Part shown: one piece after another, positions 40,613 to 54,950 of the stretch | Layout of the letters: every line of letters begins with the position of its first letter | How positions within the stretch are numbered: position 1 is the first letter of the stretch | Assembly (NCBI RefSeq): GCF_006345805.1 | Contig: NC_043007.1 | Span: 3,038,001 to 3,102,000 of the forward strand | Direction: 5' to 3' | Source of the DNA: Octopus sinensis | Taxonomy: Eukaryota | DNA length: 64,000 nt | Notes under the pieces: model-generated | The model's input: the letters and a program-made list of their open reading frames with translations, nothing else | Databases searched by the model: none | Told to the model about the DNA's origin: nothing | Position numbers and translations under genes: made by a program

Positions 40613-41005
40613 TAATATAGTGTTTGAAAATATGAATGTTCCATTGTAGAACGCAAAATAAAAAAATTTCAGCTGTGATAATAAAATAACGTTATTTCAA
40701 TAGAGGGTCATACTTCGAAGCTATATGTGTTCAGGTTCGATACCAATGCATGCCATATTGGGAAAGCATCTTCTGGTATCAGTGGAATTTGGTTCGTATA
40801 CGTAGAATATGTATGTATGTATGTATGTATGTATGAATGTATGTATGTACACATATATTTGCAGTGTGATTACAAGTGTGCCGTAGGCGATTTCTTCTTT
40901 TCCATCCTTTCCATATATATATATACATATACATATATATATATTAATAAATTTAAAAAATAAATACATATATAATATATATATATATATATACATATAT
41001 AATAT

Positions 41006-41052
<47 letters not shown>

Positions 41053-41055
41053 ATA

Positions 41056-41137
<82 letters not shown>

Positions 41138-41141
41138 ATAT

Positions 41142-41266
41142 GCCGGAGTCTCGTGGAGCTTGGATGTTTTCGCTCAATAAACACTCACAACGCTAGGTCT
41201 GGGAATCGAAACCGCTATCCTACGACCGCGAGTCCGCTGCCCTAACCACTGGGCCATTGCACCTCC
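41142..41266 (-). mobile_element. SINE family C head fragment between (TA)n and (TG)n
   Basis: Near-identical to 60236-60360. Confidence 0.8.
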
Positions 41267-41267
41267 A

Positions 41268-41313
<46 letters not shown>

Positions 41314-42459
41314 ATGTGTGTGTATTTGTATAGGTGTGGGTCTATGTGTAAGTATTGTGATGTAGATAGGCATGCTGTGGTACGGGTGTCTTCTTTTCTC
41401 ATGAGCGAACGAACGACCCCATCCTCCCCTCTCTCTCCCTTTCTTACTTCTCCTCACTTCCACACTCTTGCATATATTAGTTTTGTTGCTAACTGGTTCT
41501 TTTAACATATTTCTTGATTTTAAAAATTTTTTACAGATTTCGTTTTTTACTGCTGGTTTTTCTATTCCGTTGAACTCCCCACCGTTGTGTAGCTGACTGG
41601 GAAATTCCGAGCGACAATGTAACCTTCATTTTATTAAGGTAATCTCCGCCTGATGATTAGGTACGGTGAGTAGGGTTCGTTACATAACAATTACATAACG
41701 AGCTTCATACCAGAGTGAACAGGCATACCTCATTGCGTCCCTTTATCCTCCGCCCAATTTTGAGACAGGATAAAGAGTTATTATATAAGTACCAAACTGA
41801 AATAAGGACTGACGAGGTCGTTATTGGAATTCCAACTTAATCACAATCCAAAGGTTGAATCTAATGAAAGAATAAGTGATTATAATTTACACATTATTCG
41901 AATACATACTCTCTTTTCTTTCTAAGACATTAAGGTGTGATTTAGAAAACGTTGCTTACTATGTCTAGTATGTTTCTGGCTTGTTTATTGTAGTAAACTG
42001 TTATAGCATCGAAGTACAGAGTATAAAGTTATGACTCAGTAGGTAGTCTGATCCATTACGAATCAAATATATCATTATAAAGCCATGCGCTGATTACGAA
42101 CTGCCTTTTCTATCATCATTTCATAGTCTGTCATTTACTTTATCAAACTGAGATAAAAGGAAACAGTAAAACTTTATTACAAACTGGAACCACAGAAGAA
42201 TTTGTTTGTTTTTTTGCTAAAAATAATGGCTTTCCTTAAGCAAAAATAAACACAAAAGTACAAGAAAAGAGTTACCTGTATCATGATGATTCACGCTGAG
42301 TTCAAACCTTTGTTTGTTATTGTTGTTTAGCCCCTGGTAATCCCCTTTCGAGCAGATCTATGATCGAAGGCATTTTAACTCTAACTACGCTGGAATTTTT
42401 TTGTTTCGTTTTCTTTTTGTCAAGAATAGATGAAAAGTGGTTGTATGATTACTAAGGAA

Positions 42460-43060
42460 TTCGGTCAGAAACCACACCGTTTCGGATTCAGACGCACCGA
42501 GGGGCACGTTGGACTATAGCCCCAGGGTCGACCAGTGTTTTGGGAGGTGATTTGATAGAGGAAGTCTGTGAAAAATTGCATATTATAAATGCGTGTAGCT
42601 ATGTGTGTGCATGTCTGTGTTTGTCGCTACCATCTGACACCTGCTGTTTCTTTAAGCCCACGAAACTCAGCAAAGAGTTCCTTTAAGCTGTTTCTTTAAG
42701 CCCACGAAACTCAGCAAAGAGTTCCTTTAAGCTGTTTCTTTAAGCCCACGAAACTCAGCAAAGAGTTCCTTTAAGCTGTTTCTTTAAGCCCACGAAACTC
42801 AGCAAAGAGTTCCTTTAAGCTGTTTCTTTAAGCCCACGAAACTCAGCAAAGAGTTCCTTTAAGCTGTTTCTTTAAGCCCACGAAACTCAGCAAAGAGTTC
42901 CTTTAAGCTGTTTCTTTAAGCCCACGAAGTAAGGTAAAGAAAAAAAAGCTGATAAAATAACTATCAACAATCCTAAATTAATGACTGGACAGAATTTGAT
43001 TTTGTAAAAAATAACAGAAAGTCTTTTATGTGGTGCCCCAGCATGGCTGCAATCCAATGT
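42460..43060 (+). mobile_element. Degenerate SINE family A copy hosting the 44-bp array
   Basis: Remnants of the head (CACACCGTTTCGGATTCAG...CTATAGCCCCAGGGTCGACC), the TG tract and the tail (GGTGCCCCAGCATGGCTGCAATCCAATG) flank the array. Confidence 0.55.
42644..42928. repeat. Perfect 44-bp tandem array (6 full copies plus 21 bp)
   Basis: The unit CTGTTTCTTTAAGCCCACGAAACTCAGCAAAGAGTTCCTTTAAG starts at 42644, 42688, 42732, 42776, 42820, 42864 and 42908, with no spacers. Confidence 0.95.
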
Positions 43061-43431
43061 CTTTAGAAATAAGAGAATCTTTTACTTCTTTCTAGTTATT
43101 GGACAGCGACCAAGCAGAGAAACGAGCTGGAGGGTTTTAAGCGAACGGAATGATACCAGCACTTATGCTTTCTTAGTGTCTGTTACTTATTCTCTCAGTT
43201 TCTTTTTGCCGAGCTGCAATGTTAAGGGGTCATAAATAAACCAGCACAGGTTAACAAGTGATGATGGAGGTGACGAACACAAACACAAAGACAGGCATAT
43301 ATATATATAAAATACAGTCAATAACGCTGACTTATTAGCACCGGCACATCGTCCGATGGTGTAAAATAGCGAAGCATTAGCGCAACGCAGTGTTTAAACA
43401 CAAGCAATACTTAAACTAGTTAAAATACAAT

Positions 43432-43481
43432 TATTCTGTACTGATGAAGGGAAATAACCCGGAAATTGCGATACACTGATA
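43432..43481 (+). ncRNA. Degenerate minimal hammerhead-like motif
   Basis: TGTA-CTGATGA-A-GGG(AAATAA)CCC-G-GAAA-TTGCGA-TACA has the spacing of a minimal hammerhead, but the U16.1 position is G, so it is probably inactive. Confidence 0.4.
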
Positions 43482-43921
43482 TTGATTTGAGCTGAGTGGA
43501 GATGCTAGATTCCCTTGCTCAAAAATGTAACGACACAGATCATGTCGTATAGCCAGCTGGAGACGATGTCTCCTGGGACTAAAATACAGCAACAATAGTC
43601 CTAAACCAGGAGTGCCATGTTATGCTGGCAAACAATCTTTACTAGTTAAAATATATTTGTCACAGATTTAAACTGCTAAAATACAAATTCACTGTAGTTG
43701 CCGTAGATAAAAAAATTCTCTTGTGGTAAAAAGGTGTGAAAGCAGCCTATGTGTTCACTCTCGCAATCTATCAGGATTCCAGACATCGATGTTTCAAGCA
43801 CATTAGCTGTCATCAATGAGAAGTACTTAAGAGAGGTAACTCTGAACAAATACGGTGTTTTCATCATATCTTTTTACTATAACAGAAATATTTTCTCTAC
43901 AGTAACTGCTGTGAGTTAACC

Positions 43922-43974
<53 letters not shown>

Positions 43975-43976
43975 CA

Positions 43977-44012
<36 letters not shown>

Positions 44013-45180
44013 TATAATATATATATATATTATATATATATATATTATATATATTATTTTACTTTATTTTATTTTATTCATTTCAGCCATGCAGTTGCGG
44101 TAACGCTGGAGTCAACAGGCCTCCATACAATTTTTCTTTGTTTTATCCAACAAATTCGCTCATAAGGCATTTGGTGGCCCAGGGCTATGCTAAAAGACAC
44201 TTGCTCAATGTGTTACACCTCAAGTGCAACTCAACCCGAAACTAAATCATTGCCAACCGAGTTTCCTAAAAAGAAATAACATTATCCCATACGTCCAGTT
44301 CTAAAATGGAATTACAATGTACAACCCGTCCTCTTTCTGAGATAGCAATGTTTGTTCTCAGGTAAAGTTGACTGCTATTTCTTATCAGTCGATCGAATAC
44401 GCAGCGACCGCTGACTTATGTCTAATGACAACAGAGCGTGGCACTAACCTCCCACCATTTACCTTCAGTGCTAGGTATTGCAGAGCGCGTTATCTTATAT
44501 TACAATTTTGAAAACGATACGATGATCAAAGCCAATCTCGCAACAACGAAGTCTTGTGATTTCAGAGTGGTTAGCTGCTATTTCTTTTTTCACGTCAGAC
44601 ACGATTTAATGGCTGCCTCATTCGCTTGTATCAACGTGATTTTCTCCATTTCGCAATAGTTTTGCTTTAATTGTCAAATGTGAAAGTGTTTGGAATATCA
44701 TTGAAAGTGACTTGGTATAATTCTCCTTTTGTTTATAATTCAAGAAAGGGGCGGAGCGCCCCTCTGCTCAATAACGCTGACTAAGGGTTTTTTATTTATT
44801 TTTTCGCTTTTTTTCTTCCCCCTGAAAACGTATAAAGACGGCCACTTATATGTCAGTCTTAATTGATGACTTACTAATCAAACGCCAAAATCGATTTAGA
44901 AATCAAATATTAAAAGTAGAAAGTGTTATTTATTTTGGAGATTTTCAATTAGAACTGGAACCACATTGGGACACGCGGAGCGCATACGTAGTTGTGTATG
45001 TGAGCATACGTGTGTGTTTGTGTATATGTGTGTCTATGTACGTTAATATATTATTTTTCTTATATACACATATACATTTATGTGTGTATATATATATATA
45101 TATTGTTTTTAGTTATTTATTTGCATATGTATGTATTATATATATATAAATGTATATAGATGCATATATTATGTACATAC

Positions 45181-45232
<52 letters not shown>

Positions 45233-45344
45233 TTATATTTATATATATATATGTATATATATATATATGTATGCATATTAGTATAAGCATATATATATAT
45301 AAATGTATATACATGTATGTATTATGTACACATAAATATATATT

Positions 45345-45385
<41 letters not shown>

Positions 45386-45928
45386 ATACATATATATATA
45401 TATGTGTGTGTGTGTGTGTATACACATACATACACACAGATATATAATCATGTATGTATATATGCATATACTTGTATGTATTAAGGTATGCACAAGAAGA
45501 CTGTAAAGGGATGTGCAAATATCCGTGAGTGCGTGTGTACACGTGTGTGTATATGCGTGTGAGTGTGTGTGTGTGTGCGTGAGTGTGTGCATGTACGTGT
45601 TTGTATGCTTATGCCTGCGTGTGTGTGTGTATGCATGCGTATGTTTGTGTATGTGTGTCCGCGCGCACGTTTGTATTTAATGCTGGTTATTCGTCAGAGT
45701 ATACCGCGGCAGGAATGAATTTATATGATTAGTCACCTGAGTTGATTCAGGATTAATTTATGTGTAGCAGCAGTCACACCTACACATGCACACCTGCGCA
45801 CACTTATATAAATACATATAAGATTATATATATCGGCATATTCATATATACATATATACATACATCCGCAGCTATGTACGTACATTGAAACATATATGAA
45901 TGTATTTATGTGTAATATATATACATAT

Positions 45929-46007
<79 letters not shown>

Positions 46008-46257
46008 GATATATATGTGTGTGTGTGTTTGTGTGCACGTGCGTCTGTGTGAATGCATGTGTGTATATATATCGTTATGTACTGCAAATGTTCATTATGA
46101 CGTGAATAACTATGTTTACACACCGAAGGAATATTATGGGTGTTCGTGCTGTTTCATCTGAAATTGCCCATCCATGATGAACTTCAGTAGATATTATGCT
46201 TTCCGTTTGTACACACACACATACATACATACATACATACACACATACACACATATG

Positions 46258-46291
<34 letters not shown>

Positions 46292-46477
46292 TTATATATA
46301 TATATACACATATATACACAGATATATATATATATACATATATGTATGCATGTATACATATATATATATATGTATGTATATATATATGTATGCATGTATA
46401 TATGTATATATATGTATATATATATATATGTATGTGTGTGTATATATATTTGTGCGTGTGTCTAAAGAGAATGAGCA

Positions 46478-46521
<44 letters not shown>

Positions 46522-47156
46522 GTTGAGGTGTGTTTTAATATGTATACACACTCATTTTTTGTTTACGTATTACACGCCTGTATGTTTGTACGTGTGTGCA
46601 TGTGTGCGTGCAAACGCGCTCATGTATTCAAGTCTGTGTGTGTGTGTGCGCGCGTGTGAATAGTTTCATGGACGCATTTTCACACAAATCAATTTCTACG
46701 TTAGTAAACATGTAATAACTAAACCAAATCCAGTGAACACAAAGAAGAAGAAGAAGAAGAAGAAGACATCAAAAATCTCCGCGTTAATCACGAATTGTGA
46801 GTTTAACTAATTTTCACTTTACAATATCTGTTTGTCTTTCTGTAATTCGTTCAGGAATATATTTAGTTGCTTTTTTTTTTTTATAAACCAAAACAACAGC
46901 AGCTTCGAGATTGCTTCCAGCTTAAAAAAACAAACTCCATAGAAATATAACTGGAAAATCTTTACCTCTGACACGTTTTTTTTTTCATGGATAAACTAAC
47001 TCTGATTTTTGAAATGTTTCTATCTCACTGAGATTTCCTTTACATTATTTAAAAATTATTTTATTCGCCATGCTGGTGAATAATTAAATTTCATGACATC
47101 GACATGCACACGCATGCAAAGTCATTTCATGTTACTTACCATTACATCATGTAGCG

Positions 47157-47204
<48 letters not shown>

Positions 47205-47326
47205 AAGTATATTTTTAAAAGGAGTGACTTCTTTGCTTAATATGATAGCATAATATAAGTGCATGCTGTAAATACGAGGACACGCAAGCATACGTACACG
47301 AGGTATGCACGTTACATATACATACA

Positions 47327-47366
<40 letters not shown>

Positions 47367-47438
47367 CACACGCATGTATATGCATGTATATGCATGTATG
47401 TGCATGTTTATATGATATTTAATATATATATATATATA

Positions 47439-47498
<60 letters not shown>

Positions 47499-47596
47499 AT
47501 ACATATATTACAACACACAGACACTCACACACACATATACATATATGGGTAGGTTGTGTGCACGCGTGTGTATATTGTGCGTATATGTGTGTGTAT

Positions 47597-47627
<31 letters not shown>

Positions 47628-48207
47628 ATGTACGTATGTATACGCAAACGCATTTGGAAATTCGTGATGAGTGAGATTTTTAAGGCTTATTCAACCATGT
47701 AGACACACACGGATACGTGCACATATGTAACCATTTGCAACCAACGGCATGGAAAGAGTAAATTACGATAAGATTAAGCGTTGAATGAAAGGAAGGAGAA
47801 GAGAGACACTGACGTTTCGGGCGGTTGTCATTGTTTTGAATGGAAAATAGAAGAAGATAAAACGCAAGGAAAAGTAAGTGAGGGAATGGGAGAAGAAGAA
47901 GAAGAAGAAGAAGAAGAAGAAGAAGAAGAAGAAGAAGAAGAAGAAGAAGAAAAGAAGAAGAAGAAGAAGAAAAGAAGATGAACAACAACAACAACAACAA
48001 CAACAACAAGTGGGAGAGAGTTAAGGAGGAGAAAACGAATATTTAGAAAAAGAGAGAAGGAAGAGGAAGTGAATTTGAACCAATATAATTCTCATTCTAT
48101 GATTTGGCATCAGAGATATTGGTGTGTACGAATGTGTGGTGATGATTGGTCCTGAGTGTGAACGCCATGTGCAAGAACCGATGTATATGATCTTTTACTT
48201 GCTTCAG

Positions 48208-48246
<39 letters not shown>

Positions 48247-48361
48247 ATTTAAAATAATAAGGGTGAACAATTGAATGTTAACTTGATTAACACCAATTCA
48301 AAACCAGAAGTCTAGCATATTAAAATCTGAAGATTCAGGAAAATTATATTATATACACATA

Positions 48362-48486
48362 AGAGGGTTGACCAGTACATGGACATCCATTTGCTAAATT
48401 TTCTTGAGAACATTCCTTTCTTAGTGATAAGACCATAGCGGATCTACTTCTAACATAACTAATGTCCACGTAGTGGTCATCCCTCT
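48362..48486. mobile_element. 125-bp MITE with TA target duplication
   Basis: 25-bp TIR AGAGGGTTGACCAGTACATGGACAT versus reverse-complemented AGAGGGATGACCACTACGTGGACAT, with TA on both sides. Confidence 0.7.
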
Positions 48487-48498
48487 TATGTGTATGTC

Positions 48499-48530
<32 letters not shown>

Positions 48531-48531
<1 letters not shown>

Positions 48532-48720
48532 CGCTTGACAACCGATGCTGGTGTGTTTACGTCCCCGTCACTTAGCGGTTCGGCAAAAAGAGACCGATAG
48601 AATAAGTACTGGGCTTACAAAGAATAAGTCCCGGGGTCGATTTGCTCGACTAAAGGTGGTGCTCCAGTATGGCCGCAGTCAAATGACTGAAACAAGTAAA
48701 AGAGTAAAAGAGTAAAGAGT
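48531..48720 (+). mobile_element. SINE family A, 3' part
   Basis: GCTTGACAACCGATGCTGG...AAACAAGTAAAAGAGTAAAAGAGT. Confidence 0.85.
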
Positions 48721-49085
48721 ATATGGGCGCTTGTAACTATTTCATTTATGTCTTTTCGTATTTTCTACTGAAGAGAAAAAAAATCTATTATGAAATTAAT
48801 TCCGAAATGGATTCAATATAGAAATAACGAACTGTTTTTAAAAAATTCTTTTTGGCCAGCTTTCCCCGATTTCATCTCTACGTGTTTTCTGTAACGAGTA
48901 AATAATATGTGGAAATTGACGATTTAATAGTCTGTTATCAGCATATTGGCATAGAAATAATTTTCTTTAGCCCTTGTTTATAAGTTGTTTATAATTTTAC
49001 CCTTAAAGGTATTTTAATATGCTGCCACATTTTCTGATGAAATTTTTTTCTGTAAAAAGGCTTCATCCTATAGTAGTAGTATATA

Positions 49086-49117
<32 letters not shown>

Positions 49118-49124
<7 letters not shown>

Positions 49125-49242
49125 GAAATGGGTACTCAGAAATCCGGATGGTTTTATATTTACAGATATTTATTTGTAAATGCAAATAAATATCTGTAAA
49201 TATAAAACCATCCGGATTTCTGAGTACCTCATTTCTTCTAAT
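49118..49242. repeat. Near-perfect short palindrome (46-bp perfect stem, 6-nt loop, extends to 59 bp with one bulge)
   Basis: 49131-49176 is the exact reverse complement of 49183-49228, and 49118-49130 pairs with 49230-49242. It abuts (TA)n on the left. Confidence 0.95.
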
Positions 49243-50016
49243 ATGAAATACCTGTACATCATCTCCAAACCTTCTAACATATATATATATATACATATAT
49301 ATATGCGTGTGTGTGTGCGCGCGCTTGTGTATGTGTGTGCGTGTTTTTGTGTGAGTATCTACGTGTGTGTTGCTGTGTGTTTTTTTCTCTCTCTCTCCCC
49401 CTCTCTCTCTCTCTCTTTCACTGTGTAAACTGAACACAATACAATTCATTACAGCCATTCAAATATTAAGAATATAGAATAATGTCTTCGAATATGAAGG
49501 AGTGGCGTGACACCTTGCCAGATTAAATAAAATTTTTGGTGATTTTAAACCTTAAGCTTATCCAGTGCCATGTTGGAGAAACAAGACTTAAACGGATGCA
49601 TTCATCCCTTGTGTTTTCTCATTACTAAAACCAAGGAGCAAAACTATTTGCTAACACTTTTGTCTGTGGAATTTGGCATTTGTGAGTTAAAGAAGCAATG
49701 TTATGGCGTATTTCTATATAAACTTAATCGTTGGCTGAAGACTCAGTTATATCATAACGTATGAGTTTTCCTCGAATGCATTAAGTCCGCCCCTTTATGT
49801 GGAATGAATACATTGAGAGTTAGGAGAAAATCTGACTCTGACCAGCTCAATATTATCAGAATATATACAATCATGGTCGTGTATTTTGTTATTCTGTATC
49901 TGTATGGTCTTCTTTATTACTCTTAATATTCATGTTAATGCTTGTAAATGTATATGTATATATATATAACACTGCATACATACACACACCTGCATACCCG
50001 CACACACTGACATATA

Positions 50017-50080
<64 letters not shown>

Positions 50081-50136
50081 TATAGATATATAGATATATG
50101 CGTCCGTGTATAATGCATATATATATATATATACAC

Positions 50137-50167
<31 letters not shown>

Positions 50168-50210
50168 CACACATATATAAATACATATATATATATACTC
50201 ACATATATAA

Positions 50211-50251
<41 letters not shown>

Positions 50252-50299
50252 GTATATATATATGTTATATATATATATGTTATATATATAATGTATACA

Positions 50300-50356
<57 letters not shown>

Positions 50357-51473
50357 GTTGTTGAAAGTAGCTATCAAAGTATCTCTTGTTCTAATTTTTA
50401 TTGTTCGTAATATTTACCTTCTCAACAAAATGTCTACTGAAAATGTTTTCGCAAACATAAGAAAAGTCCTAATATCTCAGTCTCACATGACGCGGCTGTA
50501 AAATTTTACACGTATTTTTATACGCACGTCTATATTTTCCCTTCAAATATTTACCACATGTAGGCATACTTTTATACGCTAATATTCCTAGTTTTACTTT
50601 CTTCGATTATATACATCCGGTGATGCTTTCGGAATATAATTATTATTATGATACATAGTGGTCACAAAACACCTACTGTTAAAAGCCTTTCAACTCGCAG
50701 AACGGCCATACATCAACTACGGCTAAAGACAGACATAAAACTGCATGCCAGGAAATCTTGTTTTATGATTGCTGTATTTTGATAGTAAAATCACGGATCT
50801 CCTTTATGTAATTATGAGTTCTAGAGCTTCGGCAAAACATTCATGTTCTAATTAGAATTTACATTTTAGATGAAATTCATAAAAAGTTCCGAGCCATAAG
50901 CAGTAAGTTTTATAGAGATGATAGATTGTGAAAAGTCAGGAATGAAACACACAACGCGTAGACAGTTTTAAAAGAGCACATTGAAAATGTTGGGTTACAT
51001 CGAAAATTTGCATATGTGCTCTTTAAAAATCGTTAATATTCTCGATGTACATAAGGTGGTGAGCTGGCAGAATCGTTAGCATTCTGGACAAAATGATGAG
51101 TGGCATTTCGTTCGCCTTAAGGTTCTGAATTCAAATTCTGCCGAGGTCGCAGAGAAGCAGACAGTCCCCCTTTAAAGAACAACTGAGTTTAGTTATACGA
51201 TAGTAATTGATCGAGCAAAACAAATAGTTCAATCTAATTGGCGTCTGTTGAGACAAGAAAATTGGTTTGGAGATAAAAGCGAATTTGCTAAATACAAAGT
51301 CAGTTTTCAAAAAATGATGCTAAACTGAAATATAATAGAAGGATTTTGTTTTTATCCTTATGTTTGTTAGACTCAAAACTTGAAACAACTTTGTGCTTGT
51401 ATATATATATATTATACATATATATATATATACATATATATATATACATATATATATATATAATATATATATA

Positions 51474-51520
<47 letters not shown>

Positions 51521-53441
51521 ATATATGTGTGCATGAATTATATATATATACACATATAATATATGCATAACTACACATATGAAGTATCATATTTGTGTGT
51601 GTGCCTATGTAAATGTGTGTCACTCACGCCTGCAATATCTGTATTACAGACACACACACAGACAACCGATGCATGATGTCTTCGTAAAAACTATTTAATA
51701 GGAAAACTTCAGAAACAAACTTGAGGTATGATCAAAGACATCTGATTAATAACTTAATTATCATGGCATTGAACCTTCGCTCGTTGCTAACAAACATATG
51801 AAGAAGTTCACTAAATGACCCAATAATGCAATCCGAAAACGAATCTTCTGTGTCACGTGCAGCACAACAAATCGTAACAACAATAATACCGCGCAGCAAA
51901 AGAAACAACACCAACAACAACAACAAAAGCAACAGCAACAAAGACGACGGCGCCGACAACAACAACAACAACAGTAACATTGGAGTGGTAAATATTGAAG
52001 AGAAGCATTGATGGAACCTTCATAGAAAGCATCTGTAGAGATGTGGTAGCAACACTATTGCCAATTAAAGAAATACGTGACTTAAATTGAAATATGAACA
52101 ATTTTGTATTTTGCATGCTTTTGTATGTGTCTCGACATGTGTAAAAGCATACAACTCTAATCATGAGAGTATTCATTTATTGAGACAAAACCTACGCCTA
52201 AAGAGAGCATTGAGAATACGAAGAACACAGCCAAAATCATTAATAACTAACTTATCTGCACCAAATTACTTACTAAATGCACAACACCAAACCTTCAAAA
52301 TTGTGATCGCATAAATAGCGGAAACTGCCTCCAAATTATAAATATATCCTATACACTTAAATTAGGACATTTTCGCTGTAAAAGTCACTTCATCTGTGCG
52401 TCGAAATACTAATTTGTCCTATTAAATATAATTGATGTGTTTTGTTTTTCAAAACTCAGGAAATATTAAGTTTTACTCAGAGTTTCGTGCCTTCGATTCT
52501 CATTTGGCTGATTACGAGCTGTTTGGTAATGTTATCACAGAAAAAGAAAGTACCAGAAGTTCTACGCTACTCTTATAAACACTTATCAATAGCTAAAAGT
52601 TTAATAATTGCTATGCAAAATTTATTTCTGTCAAAATGCTTAAGGAAACTCCATGGGGTGAACTTATGGAAATGATCAAATGGGCAATCAGTTTAGCTGT
52701 AATTTTGGTAGTTGCTTTCGTTTGGCAGTCGAAGAAACTTTAGCGACGGGGAAAATATTCGCAGATTTTATGCCACAAGGGGTTTTATTTGTAAGTGTAA
52801 AATAACAACAGAGTGAATAAATGAATAAATAAATTAGTCAATAAATAAATGAATGTACCTTGCATTTTAAACTATATTTATTCTGGCTTTGTCTGGGGGC
52901 ACAACGGCTAATTAGCAACATATATATATATATTTACGCTTAAGTGGTTTTTAGTACGTGACTGTGTGGCGTTATTGAATAAAATGAGTTGCAGCAAAAT
53001 TGAAGTGTTATAAATGTTTAAATTGGTTTTATTGTAATTTTAGAGGAAATTAACCATTGCTAATATTGGTTTGCTGCATCGTAGATAGAAGCGATGTGAC
53101 AATTGGTAGAGAGTGGGAAATAAAATAAGACCGAACGTGTAAATAATTCAATTATTTTATCGCAACAGAAGAGAAATAAGAATTAAGAAAACTGAACGAG
53201 TAATATAATATGAAAGCGTGAGTAGAAGATGCTGAAAATATAATCTGAAGCGAAGGACAACCGGCCATATATTATGGACGGATATATGAGAGATGGTAGA
53301 GTCAGTCATAGATGTGTTTTTATTGAAGTGTTTTCTTTGTCAAACGTGTTTATAACGAAGTACACCCATTAAATATGATCTGTATGTACAACCATACATC
53401 TCTGTAGGACGCAGACACATGTATACGTATATATCTGTATA

Positions 53442-53478
<37 letters not shown>

Positions 53479-54539
53479 TGTGTGTGTGTGGTGTGTGTTG
53501 TGTGTGTGTGTGTGTAGTTCACAGATATGATCTAGAGATTCTCCGCATAGAAGACAGTAAGGCGCAAACGATTCAAATTTAGACTTCGATGTCTTTACAA
53601 GGGGTTGATGCCACAGGGTAAAAAGAGGTTCTAAGAGGGATCAAACTGAGCGGATATAGAGATAATTAGGAGGATAAACAAATTGAGATACATCAAATAC
53701 ATGAACTATATTAAATATATGAAATATATTAGTTTGGATACGAAATGCAAAATATGTATATAAGATTACCTGCAAATGAGAGAAAGCAAAATGTGGAAAC
53801 TTTCAGATGATGAACATTTAAGTATAAACACATACATATTTATATTAATGGGTTCAACTTACACAGAGTACAAATGACAGAGAAAATTAAAGGGGTGGAA
53901 CAAAGGTGTCAGTTTCTGGAAGCTCAGCTACCCATAATAATGTTGGTAGATATAGTTCATAACAAAATTCAGGCGTATGGATGGGGTTGACATTGAATGG
54001 TACGAGAAGATCTTACATTTCGAGTGACAGATTACAGACTGGTCTTATACTTATTACAGGTTTAAACACCTCAGGACAATTGATCTGTCTAAGTCCAGCG
54101 ATCGAAACCGACCTCTGAGAATATACCATTTACAGAACTTACAAAATATTAGGAATGGAAATAGAAACAGTGTTTTGTACATGAGAAATTGAGCAGATGA
54201 GAACAACCAACAGCGGTCCAATAATAGAGTCTAAAACTCTGGCGTAGCGTCAGCATTGGATGTTCAATGCCGTCGGCCATTGAAATGATAAAAAAACTGA
54301 ATGACTTTTTAAAATAGTAGGTAGTTTCGTTGAGTTTACTTTCTAAATAAACAGCAATTTTTGTAGGGGATTAAGATTGACAGAAACTATTAATCACGAT
54401 TAGAGGATTTTTCTTATAATGGTTATAAATGAAACAGTAACAATACTAACTTAAGTGGAATTTGTATGTAAAGCTAATAGAATATGAATATATGCACATA
54501 TACACACTTACATTCATACATACATATATGCATACGCAT

Positions 54540-54950
54540 TATGCATGTATGTATATATGTATGTATGTATGTATGTATATATGTATGCATGTATGTATGT
54601 ATGCATGTATGTATGTATGTATGTATGTATGTATGAATGTATGTATGTATATATGTATGTATGTATGTATGTAAATATGTATGTATGTATATATGTATGT
54701 ATATATGTATGTATCTATATATGTACGTATGTATATATGTATGTATATATGCATGTATGTATGTATGTAAATATGTATGTATGTATATATGTATGTATGC
54801 ATGTATATATGTATGTATGTATATATGTATGTATGTATGTTTGTATGTATATATGTATTTAAGTATGTATGTATGTATGTATGTATGTATGTATGTATGT
54901 ATGTATGTATATATGTATGCATGTATGTATGTATGAATGTATGTATATAT
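54540..54950. repeat. Degenerate (ATGT)n microsatellite
   Basis: Directly visible. Confidence 0.95.

Noticed and set aside
41630-41830. CTGATGA and CTGACGA motifs as hammerheads (also CTGAAGA at ~48328)
   Set aside because: There is no correctly placed GAAA plus NUH and no stem I pairing.
42644-42928. CRISPR-like array
   Set aside because: The units are contiguous with no unique spacers, there are no cas genes, and the context is eukaryotic.
51822-52011. Asn-rich ORF MQSENESS... as a host exon
   Set aside because: It is driven largely by (AAC)n repeats, has an in-frame TGA just upstream and shows no recognisable domain.
54060-54200. LRR-like exon (FKHLRTIDLS...) after a TTACAG acceptor
   Set aside because: It has only one partial LRR-like motif, no convincing donor and no neighbouring exons.
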